A DNA stretch of 64,000 bases from Burkholderiales bacterium (GCA_947448955.1 CANFPU010000005.1:5224-69223); one strand, 5' to 3'. Positions 18,104-29,242 are shown, numbered from the stretch's first letter. Notes: generated from the sequence alone by a model not told the origin. Numbers and translations are program-made.

Positions 18104-20428
18104 ATGACTCTGAGCAATCTGCACCTCCATCCGCTGGCGCTGTCCGCCTTGTTGTGCACTGGCGCGGCCACGGCGCAGACCAACGCCACGCCCGCCGCGG
18201 CGGCGGCATCGGCCGCAGCCGGCCGAGCCAGCGCGCCCAGACCGGCTGCTGCCAACCCGGCGCGTGCGGCGGCCTCGGCGCCCGCTGAGACCAAGACGCA
18301 GCAGGTCCAGATCACCGGGACGACCCAGCCCGACAGCCAGGACGAGCGCCGCCGCTCCACCGCATCGCGCATCACCTTTGGCCGAGAAGAACTGGACCGC
18401 ATGGGCGACAGCTCGCTCGGCGAGGTGCTCAAGCGGCTGCCGGGCGTGACGATCGGTGGGCCGCCCGGTCGCGGCGGCCAGATCCGCATGCGCGGCATGG
18501 GTGGCGGGTACACCCAGATCCTGATCGACGGCCAGCGCATGCCGCCGGGTTTTTCGCTCGATTCGATCGCCCCTGAACAAATTGAGCGCATCGAGATCAT
18601 GCGTGCGCCAGTGGCCGAGTACGGCGCGCGCGCGATCGCCGGCACGATCAACGTGATCATGCGCAGCGACTTCAAACGCAAGACGCACGAGCTGAAGATC
18701 GGTGGCGGCGCGGACGGCCCGCGCGGACAGGTCGGCGCGAGCTGGATCTACAACGGCCAGACCGAGACCCTGGGCTATAACCTGAGCACGACGCTGTTCC
18801 AGGGTGGGCAGGGCAGCGAATCCGATACCCGCACGCTGGGCCGCGACGGTGCCGGCGCGACCACCTTGGACCAGCAGCAGCACACCGAAAGCAGCAACAA
18901 GCGCCATGGCTTGTTTGCGAACGGCCGGCTGCAGGTTCGGTTCGGGCCCGGCAACACGCTGGATCTGCAGCCTTTCCTGAACGCGGTCCGCACCCGGGGC
19001 CAAGGCCAGGACATGCTGACCCAGTCCCTCGGCGAAGCCCAGCCCTACACGCTGGCAAATTGGCAGAGCCAGTCGCAATGGCAGATGGGCCGCCTCAATG
19101 GCACCTGGCTGACCGGCACGCCCGGTGGCGGCCGACTGCAGCTGCGTTTTGGCAGCATGCTGTCGTCCAGCAGCAGCGTCACCGAGCGCGACGAGACTGG
19201 GGCATCGGCAAATCTGGTCGGTGGCCGGCGCAAGGTCGACGACGTGCGCCAGCGCGAACTCTCGCTCGACCTCAACGGCAAGTTCTCGCAGCTGCTGGCC
19301 GACCGCCACAGCGCGAGCGCGGGCTGGGAGTTGCAGAACAGCCAGCGCAACGATGGCCGCATCAGCTTGGTCAACAACCAGCCCATCCTGGCCGAATTCG
19401 GCGAGGACATCGCAGCGCGGGTCCAGCGATTGGCGCTCTATGCCCAGGACGAATGGGACTGGAGCCCGAGGTTCTCGTTCTACGCCGGCGCGCGCTGGGA
19501 GGTGATCGCGACCGCCAGCGACTCCGCGGTCAGCCGCGTGCGTAACCGCAGCGCGGTGTTCACGCCGCTGGCCCACCTGGTTTGGAAGCTGCCCGACGCG
19601 CCGCGCGACCAGATCAGGCTGAGCCTGACCCGCAGCTACCGTTCGCCCAACACCAACCAGCTGATTTCGCGGCCGGCGATCTCGCAGCTCTATCCAGACC
19701 TGGCGCAGCCCAACCAACCCACCAATCCTGACCGGGCTGGCAATCCAGACCTGTTACCCGAGCTGGCCTGGGGTCTGGAACTCGGCGCCGAGCACTACCT
19801 CGACGCCGGGGGTATCGTCAGCGCGAACGTCTTCCTGCGCCGGATCGACAACCTGATCCGCAATGTCCGCAGCCTCGAGACGGTAAGCTGGGCCAGCGTG
19901 CCGCGCTGGGTGGCGCGACCGCGCAACATCGGACAGGCCGATGCCGCCGGGCTAGAGCTCGAAGCCAAGACGAGGTTGAGCGACCTCTGGACCACCGACT
20001 TACCGATCTCGCTGCGCAGCAACTTCACGCTGATGTGGAGCCGGGTCGACCAGGTCGCCGGGCCGCACAACCGTCTCGAGGGCCAGCCGCCCTACACCGC
20101 CAACCTGGGCGGCGACTGGCCGCTGAAAGGCACGCCGCTGACCGTCGGCGCAAGCCTGAACTTCACACCCGGCTTCGAGCTGCAGCAGATCGATTCGCAG
20201 CGCTATCGCCAGGGCGTCAAGCGGGTGCTCGACGGCTATGCGCTGTGGCGCTTCAGCCCCGATGCCAGTGCGCGACTGACCCTGAGCAATGCGGCCGCCA
20301 GACAGTACGACACCGGCAACACCACCACCCTGACCGACGCCAGCGGCGCCAACGCCGGCAGCCAGTCCAGCGACAACTCGGCGCGCAGCTACACGACGAT
20401 CAATCTGCGGGCCGAGCTGCGGTTCTGA
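18104..20428 (+). CDS. TonB-dependent receptor
   Basis: Signal peptide, Ala/Pro linker, plug domain (LKRLPGVT, IRMRG, IERIEIMR), GNPDLLPE, terminal Phe. Confidence 0.9.
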   Translation: MTLSNLHLHPLALSALLCTGAATAQTNATPAAAAASAAAGRASAPRPAAANPARAAASAPAETKTQQVQITGTTQPDSQDERRRSTASRITFGREELDRMGDSSLGEVLKRLPGVTIGGPPGRGGQIRMRGMGGGYTQILIDGQRMPPGFSLDSIAPEQIERIEIMRAPVAEYGARAIAGTINVIMRSDFKRKTHELKIGGGADGPRGQVGASWIYNGQTETLGYNLSTTLFQGGQGSESDTRTLGRDGAGATTLDQQQHTESSNKRHGLFANGRLQVRFGPGNTLDLQPFLNAVRTRGQGQDMLTQSLGEAQPYTLANWQSQSQWQMGRLNGTWLTGTPGGGRLQLRFGSMLSSSSSVTERDETGASANLVGGRRKVDDVRQRELSLDLNGKFSQLLADRHSASAGWELQNSQRNDGRISLVNNQPILAEFGEDIAARVQRLALYAQDEWDWSPRFSFYAGARWEVIATASDSAVSRVRNRSAVFTPLAHLVWKLPDAPRDQIRLSLTRSYRSPNTNQLISRPAISQLYPDLAQPNQPTNPDRAGNPDLLPELAWGLELGAEHYLDAGGIVSANVFLRRIDNLIRNVRSLETVSWASVPRWVARPRNIGQADAAGLELEAKTRLSDLWTTDLPISLRSNFTLMWSRVDQVAGPHNRLEGQPPYTANLGGDWPLKGTPLTVGASLNFTPGFELQQIDSQRYRQGVKRVLDGYALWRFSPDASARLTLSNAAARQYDTGNTTTLTDASGANAGSQSSDNSARSYTTINLRAELRF

Positions 20429-20598
20429 TCGAACTCGGGACACCAGCGCGCAGGCCGGGAACCGACCGCTATCGTCTGGCGCAAACGCATCGACGACCGG
20501 CGAAAACCTGATGGGGGTGCGCCATTCGAAAGCAGCCAACAACAGCCGCAAAAGCCCGGGTTTTCACCCTCAAGCGAGCCCCGATGCCTGGCAGGGGA

Positions 20599-21501
20599 TC
20601 AGCGACGCAGCGACAACAGCGCCTCGGCAAAAGCCTGCGGCGCTTCCTGCGGCAGGTTGTGGCCTGCCGAGGCGACGAGCTCAGACCTGAAGCCGGCGCT
20701 GAAAAATCGGGATTGCGCTGGCAGATCGGCGGGCAGGCCGAAGCCGCTCGCGCCGCCGTACAAGGCCACCGTCGGCACCGCGATCGCCGGCCGCGACGCC
20801 AGCCTGCGCTCGGTCGCCTCGTACAAGGGATCACCCGCGACCAGGCCGTAGCGGTGGCGGTAGGAATGGATCACCACCTCGACGAAATCAGGGTTGTCAA
20901 AGGACTGCGCGGTCTGGTCGTAGACCTGGGCGTCAAAGTGCCAGCCAGGCGACCACTGCTGCCACAACAGCTTGCAAAATTCACGCCGATGGGCAGCCAG
21001 CCCGGCGCGCCCACGCTCGCCGTGAAAGTAGTACTGGTACCAGAGCGCGTGCTCGGCGGGCGGCGGCAGCGGGCGCATCGCGGCGGCGATGTCTTGTATC
21101 GCGTAGCCACCACAGCTCACCAGCCCGGCGACGCGCTCAGGCCAGATCGCGGCCAGGATGCAGGCAGCTCGGCCGCCCCAGTCGTAGCCCGCGACCAACA
21201 CCCGGTCTAGGGCCAGCGCGTCGAGCAGGTCGAGCGCGTCATGCGCGATCGCCGCCTGCTGGCCCGAGCGCCGCGTGTCGACCGAACGGAAACGGGTGGA
21301 CCCGAAACCGCGCAGATACGGCCGGATCACGCAGCAGCCGGCCGCGGCGAGCAGCTGCGAAGCCTCGTCGTAGGCCCGCACATCGTAGGGAAAGCCGTGC
21401 AGCAGCAGCACCGCATCGCCCTGCGGATCACCCGCTGTCTCGTAGGCTATGTCCAGCACCGAGCTGCTGGCATGGAGGACCCTCGACTTGTTCACTGGCA
21501 A
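20599..21501 (-). CDS. Alpha/beta hydrolase (epoxide hydrolase-like)
   Basis: LLHGFPY, YLRGFG, Asp nucleophile GYDWGG, AGHNLPQEAP. Confidence 0.9.
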   Translation of the reverse strand: MPVNKSRVLHASSSVLDIAYETAGDPQGDAVLLLHGFPYDVRAYDEASQLLAAAGCCVIRPYLRGFGSTRFRSVDTRRSGQQAAIAHDALDLLDALALDRVLVAGYDWGGRAACILAAIWPERVAGLVSCGGYAIQDIAAAMRPLPPPAEHALWYQYYFHGERGRAGLAAHRREFCKLLWQQWSPGWHFDAQVYDQTAQSFDNPDFVEVVIHSYRHRYGLVAGDPLYEATERRLASRPAIAVPTVALYGGASGFGLPADLPAQSRFFSAGFRSELVASAGHNLPQEAPQAFAEALLSLRR

Positions 21502-21558
21502 GCCTGGAGAGGCGTCAGCACCGGATTGACCTGGGTCTGCAGCAAGCGCATGCCCCGC

Positions 21559-21948
21559 TCAACAAAGCTCGGCAATTTCGATCAGGTTCAGGTCTGGGTC
21601 TCGCACATAGACCGAACGGATCTGCTGGGTTGCACCGGTTCGCAGCACCGGGCCGACGATGATGGGCCAGTTCTCGCGCGCCAGATGCTCGATCACCTGC
21701 TGCAAGGGCACGCTCGCAATGAAGCACAGGTCCAACGCGCCAGGCACCGGCAAATGGGCCCGCGGTTCGTACTCGAAACCCTTGAAGTGCAGGTTGATCT
21801 TCTGTTGGCCATACTTCAAGGCCTTGCGGGTCAAGCCGGTGGCGGTCTGGTAATTTTCCAGCGTCATGCCCAACACCCGGGTGTAGAAGTCCAGGCAGGC
21901 GGCTTCGTCGGTGGTGGTCAGCACCAGATGGTCGAGATGTCCAATCAT
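21559..21948 (-). CDS. VOC/glyoxalase family protein
   Basis: LDHLVLT, QKINLH, DLCF, SVYVRDPDLNLIEI. Confidence 0.9.
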   Translation of the reverse strand: MIGHLDHLVLTTTDEAACLDFYTRVLGMTLENYQTATGLTRKALKYGQQKINLHFKGFEYEPRAHLPVPGALDLCFIASVPLQQVIEHLARENWPIIVGPVLRTGATQQIRSVYVRDPDLNLIEIAELC

Positions 21949-22114
21949 GCGTGAATGCTAAACGAAGCGCCTGCTGAGAGAGCGGCCTCCCAGCGTGAAC
22001 TACCTGAGGATTGCGATCATGGACATCTCGACCGGCGCAAGGCAGGATCACGCGAAGCCGGGCGCGCAGCGAGATCGCGCGCCCTTGTTACATAGCATCC
22101 ATGGAGACAACAAC

Positions 22115-23830
22115 ATGCATGATCTCGTCATCAGAGGCGGTACGGTGGTCGACGGCACTGGCGCGATGCGTCGGGTCGCTGACGTGGCGGTCGACGCCGG
22201 ATTGATCACCGCCGTGACCGAACACGCCGGCCCCGGTCGGCGCGAAATTGACGCGCGCGGTTTGCTGGTGACGCCCGGCTTCGTCGACATTCACACCCAT
22301 TACGACGGGCAAGCCACCTGGGATCCGTTCCTGACACCGTCGTCATGGCACGGCGTGACGACCGCTGTGTTCGGCAACTGCGGCGTCGGCTTCGCGCCGG
22401 TTCGGCCGGGCGCCGTGCCCTACCTGATCAACCTGATGCAGGGCGTTGAGGACATCCCGGAGATCGTGCTGACCGAAGGCGTGAAATTTGACTGGGAGAC
22501 CTTTCCGCAGTTCATGGACAGCCTCGCAGCGATGCCGCGGATCATGGACGTGGGCACCCAGGTGCCGCACGCCGCGCTTCGCCTGTATGCGATGGGCGAC
22601 CGCGGCGCGAACCATCGCGAGCGGCCAAGCGCCACCGAGATCGAGCACATGGGATCGATGCTCGAAGAGGCCTTGAACCAGGGCGCGCTGGGCTTCACCA
22701 GTTCCAGGACCCACAAGCACCGCGCCGGCGACGGTCGCCGGGTGCCCACGCTGTCGGCCGATCACGCCGAGTTGCAAGGGCTGGCGCAGGCGATGAAGCG
22801 CGCCGGCAAGGGCGTCATTGAGGTCAACTCCGATTTCGGTCCGGGTGAGTTCGAGCTGATGCGCAGCATGGCCGAAACCGCGGGCCGGCCACTGTCTTGC
22901 CTGATGGTGCAAGTCGACGATGCACCCGACCGCTGGCGCGAGACGCTGGGCCAGATCCATGCTGCGCGAGCCGACCACATCGAGGCCAATGGGCAGGTGG
23001 GCTGCCGTCCGATCGGCGTGCTGATCGGCCTCGAGACCACGATCAACCCGTTTTGCGAACATCCGCGCTGGCTGGCGATGGCATCACGGACACCGGCAGA
23101 GCGCTACGCGCAGTTATGCGAGGACAGCGGTCTGCGCGACGCGCTGGTGCGCGAAGAGCACTGCGACCCGGCGCTGCAGCGGCTGATCGACAAACTGCCA
23201 CGCGCCCATGTGATCGGCGAGCGGCTGGACTATGAGCCCGACGCATCGACCAACCTCGGCGCGATCTCGCAGCAAAGCGGCCGCAGCGTTCGCGAACTCG
23301 CGCTCGAAGCGATGATGGCCCAGCAAGGCAAGGGACTGCTGCTGCTGCCACACGAAAACTACCACCACGGCAACCTTGACGATGTCCACGACATGCTGGT
23401 CGACGAAGCCACCATCATGGGCGTGGCCGATGCCGGCGCGCATGTCGGCGTGATCTGCGACGGCAGCGCGCCGACGCTGCTGCTCACGCATTGGACGCGC
23501 GACCGGGTGCGGGGTCCGAAACTGTCGATCGAGTTCGCGGTACACAAGCAGACCCAGGCCACGGCACAGGCTTACGGTCTCTTCGACCGCGGCGTGCTGG
23601 CCCCTGGCCTGAAAGCCGACATCAACGTGATCGACCACGACAAACTCACCTTGCTCAGGCCCGAGGTCGTCTACGACCTGCCTGCCGGCGGCCGCCGCCT
23701 GATCCAGAAAGCGCAAGGCTACCGGCATGTGTTCGTCTCGGGTATCGAGACGGTCACAGACGACGCTTTCACCGGCGCGCTGCCTGGCAAGCTGGTCAGG
23801 GGCGGCGCAGCGACCGCCACGGTGGCCTAA
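22115..23830 (+). CDS. N-acyl-D-amino-acid deacylase family amidohydrolase
   Basis: DLVIRGGTVVDGTG, PGFVDIHTHYD, GNCGVGFAP, DAGAH, DRGVLAPGLKAD; GGAGA RBS. Confidence 0.9.
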   Translation: MHDLVIRGGTVVDGTGAMRRVADVAVDAGLITAVTEHAGPGRREIDARGLLVTPGFVDIHTHYDGQATWDPFLTPSSWHGVTTAVFGNCGVGFAPVRPGAVPYLINLMQGVEDIPEIVLTEGVKFDWETFPQFMDSLAAMPRIMDVGTQVPHAALRLYAMGDRGANHRERPSATEIEHMGSMLEEALNQGALGFTSSRTHKHRAGDGRRVPTLSADHAELQGLAQAMKRAGKGVIEVNSDFGPGEFELMRSMAETAGRPLSCLMVQVDDAPDRWRETLGQIHAARADHIEANGQVGCRPIGVLIGLETTINPFCEHPRWLAMASRTPAERYAQLCEDSGLRDALVREEHCDPALQRLIDKLPRAHVIGERLDYEPDASTNLGAISQQSGRSVRELALEAMMAQQGKGLLLLPHENYHHGNLDDVHDMLVDEATIMGVADAGAHVGVICDGSAPTLLLTHWTRDRVRGPKLSIEFAVHKQTQATAQAYGLFDRGVLAPGLKADINVIDHDKLTLLRPEVVYDLPAGGRRLIQKAQGYRHVFVSGIETVTDDAFTGALPGKLVRGGAATATVA

Positions 23831-23887
23831 CGATCGGCGAGACTGCGGGCCTACTCATGACTGCATGAAGCTCCAAGGACAAACGCG

Positions 23888-25156
23888 ATGCACCACGACC
23901 TGCCGCTTTCAGAACGCTCACGCCTGGCCAGAGATGAGGCCTTCGCACTGCCGCTGGACCAGATCGATGTCACCAAGCCGAGGCTGTTCGAGGACGACAC
24001 CATTGGCCACTACTTTGAGCGCCTGCGCCGAGACGACCCGGTGCATTGGCAGACCAACGAGTTCTACGGACCGTTCTGGTCGGTGACCAAATACCAGGAC
24101 ATCCTGCAGGTCGACTCGAACCATGCGCTGTATTCGTCAGACTGGAGCCAGGGTGGCATTGCGCTGTTCGACGGCCCGATGGACGAGCGGCTGCAGATGT
24201 TCATCGCGATGGATCCGCCCAAGCACGACGAGCAGCGCAAGGCGGTCGCGCCGATCGTCGCGCCGTCCAACCTCGCGGCCATGGAGGCGACGATCCGCGA
24301 ACGCACGGCGCGGGTGCTCGACGGCCTGCCGCACGACCAATCTTTCGACTGGGTCGAGCGCGTGTCGATCGAACTGACGACGCAGATGCTGGCGACCTTG
24401 TTCGACTTTCCCTTCGAAGACCGCCACCTGCTGACCTGGTGGTCCGACGTGACCACCTCGGTGCCAGGCACCGACCACCGGATCGAATCACCCGCCGCCA
24501 GGTTGGCCGAACTGGGTCAATGCCTGGCCTACTTCACCCGGCTGTGGAATGAGCGCGTCAATGCGCCCCCCCGAGGCGACCTGATCTCGATGCTGGCCCA
24601 CTCACCGGCCACCCGCCACATGTCGCCACGCGAATACCTGGGCAACCTGTTGCTGCTGATCGTCGGCGGCAACGACACCACGCGCAACTCAATGTCCGGC
24701 AGCGTGCTGGCCATGCACCAGCACCCGACCGAGTGGGCCAAGCTGCGCGCCAACCCGGCGCTGGTCGACAGCCTGGTGCCCGAAATCATCCGGTGGCAAA
24801 CCCCGCTCGCCTACATGCGCCGCACCGCGCTCGCTGACACCGAGCTCGGCGGCAAGTCCATCAAGAAGGGGGACAAACTGGCGATGTGGTATCTCTCGGG
24901 TAACCGAGACGAAACGGCGATCGAGCAAGCCGGGCAATTCATCATCGACCGCACCAGGCCTCGCCAGCACCTGTCCTTTGGCTTCGGCATCCACCGCTGC
25001 GTCGGCAACCGGTTGGCCGAGATGCAGCTCAAGATTCTGTGGCAGGAGATCGGCACACGCTTCGAGTCGATCGAGGTCGTGGGCGAGCCGGTGCGGGTGA
25101 AGTCGAACTTCGTGCACGGCTTCAGCCGGCTGCCGGTTCGGGTGATTCAGCGATAG
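23888..25156 (+). CDS. Cytochrome P450, CYP153-like
   Basis: MFIAMDPPKHDEQR, LLIVGGNDTTRN, EIIRWQTPLAYMRR, heme motif HLSFGFGIHRCVG. Confidence 0.9.
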   Translation: MHHDLPLSERSRLARDEAFALPLDQIDVTKPRLFEDDTIGHYFERLRRDDPVHWQTNEFYGPFWSVTKYQDILQVDSNHALYSSDWSQGGIALFDGPMDERLQMFIAMDPPKHDEQRKAVAPIVAPSNLAAMEATIRERTARVLDGLPHDQSFDWVERVSIELTTQMLATLFDFPFEDRHLLTWWSDVTTSVPGTDHRIESPAARLAELGQCLAYFTRLWNERVNAPPRGDLISMLAHSPATRHMSPREYLGNLLLLIVGGNDTTRNSMSGSVLAMHQHPTEWAKLRANPALVDSLVPEIIRWQTPLAYMRRTALADTELGGKSIKKGDKLAMWYLSGNRDETAIEQAGQFIIDRTRPRQHLSFGFGIHRCVGNRLAEMQLKILWQEIGTRFESIEVVGEPVRVKSNFVHGFSRLPVRVIQR

Positions 25157-25389
25157 AACGCCTCAACCCGGCCCTTGAGCTTGATCATCAACGATTGGCC
25201 TTTGCGGTCGACCGCCTTGCCAGCAGGGACCTTGATCCAGCCCTCGCTGAGGCAGTACTCCGCGACGTCGAAGCGTTCCTTGTCGTTGAAGCGAATCGCG
25301 ATGTCGCGCTCGAACGCAGCAGCAACATGGTGTGGGCTGCGCGGGTCGGTGGACAGCCTGTCGGGCAGAAGATGGTTGGCTTCGGTCAT
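25147..25389 (-). CDS. Conserved small protein (DUF3297-type)
   Basis: LPDRLSTDPRSP...IRFNDKER..V.EYCLSEGWIKV...LKGRVEAFY; family recognised from memory. Confidence 0.8.
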   Translation of the reverse strand: MTEANHLLPDRLSTDPRSPHHVAAAFERDIAIRFNDKERFDVAEYCLSEGWIKVPAGKAVDRKGQSLMIKLKGRVEAFYR

Positions 25390-25620
25390 GGGCTCATCGT
25401 CTTTCTTGATCGCAGGTTCGACCCTTGATCATCGGGGAATTGCACGCGGGCGATCCGTGCAGCGAGCCCGCATTCTGCGTGGGCGCCTGCGCGCTGAGCG
25501 GCAAGTCGATGCGCGCGGCGCCGGACCAGGCTGGGCTGGCGTGTGGTGTGAAGGTGCGACAGCCCCGTGTCGTCGCCCAGCTTTGCGTCCCAGCTTCGAA
25601 AACCTGACCACGGCGGACCG

Positions 25621-27156
25621 ATGACCGACACCCTGCTTGGACTCATCCTCGAACGCGCAGCGTTGGCCCACGCTGAGCGGCCGGCGCTGCGCGGCGATGA
25701 CCTGGACCTGAGCTACCGCGAACTGCTGAGCCGTGCGCTAGCCTTGGCCGCTAGGCTGCGCGAAGCAGGTGTCGCCGAGGACGATGCGGTGAGGGTCAAG
25801 GTTTCCAACCATCCGCTGGATTTCGTCGCCTTCCTGGCTTGCTGGATGGCGGGCGGTGTCGCAGTGCCCGTCCATCGAAGCTCGCCGCCCGGTGTCGTCG
25901 ACGGCATCCAGGACAAGGCGCATTGCCGCTACAGCGTTGACCTGTTGGCCGATGAGGGGCCAGGGGCCGAGATCCGTGCGCTCGATGCCCCTGCCGCCAG
26001 CGCCGATCGCCGCGCGATGCTGCGCGGTGCGGCCTTGGTGATCTTCACGTCCGGCTCGACCGGGCTGCCCAAGGGGGTGGTGCTGACGCATCATGGCTTC
26101 TCGGGCAAGCTGGCGCAAAACCAGAAACTGCTGGGCTTGACGCCCGACGATGTGACGCTGCTGGTGCTCAACAACAGTTTCAGTTTCGGCATCTGGATGG
26201 CCTTGCTGGCCTTGAACCATGGCGGCACCGTGGTGGCGCGCTCGAAGTTCAGTCCGCATCAGTTCGTTGACACTTTGATCGCTGAGCGCGTGACCGTGGC
26301 CGGCGTCGTGCCGACGATGATCCGCGCGACCTTCGGGTCGCTCACGTCTGACGACATCGCGCGGGCCCAGCAGAGGCTGCGCGCCGAAGGCCGCCTCCGT
26401 GACATGGTGATCGGCGGCGAGCCGCTGGGGCTGGACCTGTCGGTCAGGCTGCGCGCATTCATCGCGCCAGCCTCGCTCTACGACGTCTACGGGCTGACCG
26501 AAACCTCGACCAGCGACTTCGTGCTGACACCGCAGGCCTATCCGGCGCATCCCGCGACGATCGGGCTACCAGCGCCGGGCGTGCGCTACCGGATCACGGG
26601 CGACCGTGCTGCCGAATGCGCTGCAGAATGCGCGGTCGATGTGGCCGGGGAACTGCAACTGCAAACGGACTACATCATGGCGGGCTACCTCGGCGATGCG
26701 GAGATCACGCGCGATGCCTTCGTCGACGGGTGGTTCCGCACCGGCGACCTGGCCAGTCGCAATGCTGAGGGCTTCGTCACGATCGTCGGACGGCTGAAAG
26801 AGCTGATCGTTCGCGGCGGCAACAAGATCACGCCACTAGAGGTTGAACGCGCGCTGTGCGCTTGTCCCGGTGTCGCTGCAGCGATGGCGGTGGGCATGCC
26901 CGACCCGGTGCTGGGCCAACGTGTCCACGCGCTGTTGATCCCCAAAGCGGGCCAAGCCTTGGTGGCCGATGGGATACGAGCAGCCCTGGCCCACTCGCTG
27001 GAGAAGTTCAAACACCCCGATGCCTGCTATGTCGGCACTGAGATGCCGACCGGACGCACTGGAAAACTCGACCGCGGCCAATTGCAAGCCATGTTGCAAT
27101 CAGGCGCCATGTCGCCGCTCGCCGGATGGACCCATCCACGGACACAGGCCACCTAG
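25621..27156 (+). CDS. AMP-binding acyl-CoA synthetase
   Basis: IFTSGSTGLPKG, YGLTET, GWFRTGD, GRLKELIVRGG, TGKLDR. Confidence 0.9.
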   Translation: MTDTLLGLILERAALAHAERPALRGDDLDLSYRELLSRALALAARLREAGVAEDDAVRVKVSNHPLDFVAFLACWMAGGVAVPVHRSSPPGVVDGIQDKAHCRYSVDLLADEGPGAEIRALDAPAASADRRAMLRGAALVIFTSGSTGLPKGVVLTHHGFSGKLAQNQKLLGLTPDDVTLLVLNNSFSFGIWMALLALNHGGTVVARSKFSPHQFVDTLIAERVTVAGVVPTMIRATFGSLTSDDIARAQQRLRAEGRLRDMVIGGEPLGLDLSVRLRAFIAPASLYDVYGLTETSTSDFVLTPQAYPAHPATIGLPAPGVRYRITGDRAAECAAECAVDVAGELQLQTDYIMAGYLGDAEITRDAFVDGWFRTGDLASRNAEGFVTIVGRLKELIVRGGNKITPLEVERALCACPGVAAAMAVGMPDPVLGQRVHALLIPKAGQALVADGIRAALAHSLEKFKHPDACYVGTEMPTGRTGKLDRGQLQAMLQSGAMSPLAGWTHPRTQAT

Positions 27157-27169
27157 ACTCGGAACCCTC

Positions 27170-27994
27170 ATGACGGACTTTCAATCCATTCGCTACGAGC
27201 TGGCCGACCATGTCGCCCAGTTGACCCTCAATCGCCCGGCACGGCTGAATGCGCTGGACAAGGCCGCGCTGCTGGAGATCAACCAGGCGATGGACTTGGC
27301 CGAAGCCGACACGGATGTCCGTGTGATCGTGGTCAGCGGCGCCGGCCGCGCTTTCTCATCGGGTTTCGACCTGAAGGCGCAAATGGAACAATGCCCCGAG
27401 GGCTCACAGGTCTGGCGTGAAATTCTCGACCTCGACTTCGACACAACGATGCGCTTCTGGCAGAGCGCCAAGCCGACGATCGCCGCGGTCCAAGGTGCCT
27501 GCCTGGCCGGCGCTTTCGAACTCGCGATGGCCTGCGACATCACGATCGCATCCGAGGACGCGGTCTTCGGCGAGCCCGAGCTCAAGTTCGGTGCTGGCAT
27601 CGTGACGATGCTGCTGCCCTGGATGACCAGCCCCAAACACGCCAAGCGGATCATCCTGTCGGCCGACGACCGGATCGCGGCAAGCGAGGCTTTGGCGATG
27701 GGCTTGGTCAGCCGTGTCGTCGCGTCCGGCACCCAACTGGACGAGGCGCTGCGCACCGCACGCGGCATCGCGCTGATGGACCCCGACCTCGTCGCGCAGA
27801 CCAAGAAAGCGCTGAACCGGACCTACGACATCCAGGGCATGCGCACCGCGCTGCAGGCCGCACTGGACATCGACCACAGCATCGAGTCGCACGGATCACC
27901 CGACAAACGCGCGTTCATGGACGTCGCGAGAGCGCACGGCATGCGCGAAGCCATCGCCTGGCGCGATGCACGGTTCGCCAAGGCGCAGGCCTAG
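27170..27994 (+). CDS. Enoyl-CoA hydratase/isomerase
   Basis: [38 protein letters not shown]. Confidence 0.9.
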   Translation: MTDFQSIRYELADHVAQLTLNRPARLNALDKAALLEINQAMDLAEADTDVRVIVVSGAGRAFSSGFDLKAQMEQCPEGSQVWREILDLDFDTTMRFWQSAKPTIAAVQGACLAGAFELAMACDITIASEDAVFGEPELKFGAGIVTMLLPWMTSPKHAKRIILSADDRIAASEALAMGLVSRVVASGTQLDEALRTARGIALMDPDLVAQTKKALNRTYDIQGMRTALQAALDIDHSIESHGSPDKRAFMDVARAHGMREAIAWRDARFAKAQA

Positions 27995-27998
27995 CGCG

Positions 27999-29195
27999 GT
28001 GCGCCGCCACCCGGTGCTCTGGGTCGTGCTGGCCCAGTTGTGCGGTACCTCGCTGTGGTTCAGTGCGAACAGCGCGGCCGACGACCTCAGCCGGTTGTGG
28101 GGCTTGTCGACCGGCGACATCGGCTGGCTGACCAATGCGGTGCAAGCCGGGTTCATCGTCGGCACGCTGGGCTTTGCGCTGACGGGGCTGGCAGACCGCT
28201 TTCCGGCAAGCCGCATCTTCACGGTCTGCAGCCTGCTGGGAGCGCTGTTCAATGCCGGTTTCGCGCTGTTCAGTGAAGGCCTGCCGAGCGCGATGGGCTT
28301 GCGCTTTGCGGTTGGCATCGCGCTGGCGGGCATCTACCCGCTGGGGATGAAACTCATCGTGAGCTGGGACCCCGCCCGCGCCGGCCAGAGCCTGGGGCTG
28401 CTGGTCGGGATGCTGACCCTGGGTACCGCATTGCCGCACGGCATCCGGATGCTCGGCGGTGGCGTCTCCTGGCAGGCCGTGATCCTGGCGTCGTCTGCGC
28501 TGGCCTTGGTCGCTGCGGCTGTGATCAGTCTGCTCGGCGACGGTCCGCACCTCAAGCTCAAGGGTCGGTCATCGACCAAGGCGAGGACTGCCGCGCTGAG
28601 CGCGTTCAGCCTGCCCGATTTCCGCGCGTCAGCCTTCGCTTACTTCGGACACATGTGGGAGCTGTACGCTTTCTGGACGCTGGTGCCGCTGCTGTTGTTG
28701 CCGGTACTGGGTCGGGACGGCGCCCCCAACCCGGCGACCGTGTCGGGTTGGGCTTTCGCGATCATCGCGATGGGCACGCTGGGTTGCATCGCCGGCGGCT
28801 GGATCAGCCAGAGAGTCGGCAGCGCCCCCGTGGCCTGGGTGGCGCTGTGGACCTCGGGCTCGGCCTGCATGGTCTACCCGCTGCTGGGCTCGCTGCCGAC
28901 CGGCGTCGTCCTCGCGGTGCTGCTGGTCTGGGGCTTCGCGGTGGTCGCGGACTCGCCACAGTTCTCGGCGCTGTCGGTCAAGGCCTGCCCACCCGAAGGG
29001 GTTGGCAGTGCGCTGACGATCCAGAACAGCGCAGGTTTCCTGCTGACGACTTTTTCCATCCCGCTGGCGACCTCGGTCTATCCGGCGATCGGCAGCCAAG
29101 TCGCCTGGCTCTTGCTGCCCGGCCCGGTCATCGGTCTGTGGTGCCTGCGCCGACTTGTACGCCCCGACGCCCCATCGATCAGTCGCGTGGCGTGA
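27999..29195 (+). CDS. MFS transporter
   Basis: About 12 hydrophobic segments; [32 protein letters not shown]. Confidence 0.88.
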   Translation: MRRHPVLWVVLAQLCGTSLWFSANSAADDLSRLWGLSTGDIGWLTNAVQAGFIVGTLGFALTGLADRFPASRIFTVCSLLGALFNAGFALFSEGLPSAMGLRFAVGIALAGIYPLGMKLIVSWDPARAGQSLGLLVGMLTLGTALPHGIRMLGGGVSWQAVILASSALALVAAAVISLLGDGPHLKLKGRSSTKARTAALSAFSLPDFRASAFAYFGHMWELYAFWTLVPLLLLPVLGRDGAPNPATVSGWAFAIIAMGTLGCIAGGWISQRVGSAPVAWVALWTSGSACMVYPLLGSLPTGVVLAVLLVWGFAVVADSPQFSALSVKACPPEGVGSALTIQNSAGFLLTTFSIPLATSVYPAIGSQVAWLLLPGPVIGLWCLRRLVRPDAPSISRVA

Positions 29196-29242
29196 CTGGC
29201 GTGACTGGCCTGACAGGCGTGACAGGCGTGACTGGCGTGACA
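29189..29242 (+). repeat. 6 x 9-bp tandem repeat (GGCSTGACW) starting at the MFS stop codon
   Basis: ggcgtgact ggcgtgact ggcctgaca ggcgtgaca ggcgtgact ggcgtgaca. Confidence 0.9.

Noticed and set aside
29189-29242. CRISPR array (also considered at 52897 and 58071)
   Set aside because: Units are 9-15 bp, directly adjacent with no spacers, and there are no cas genes.
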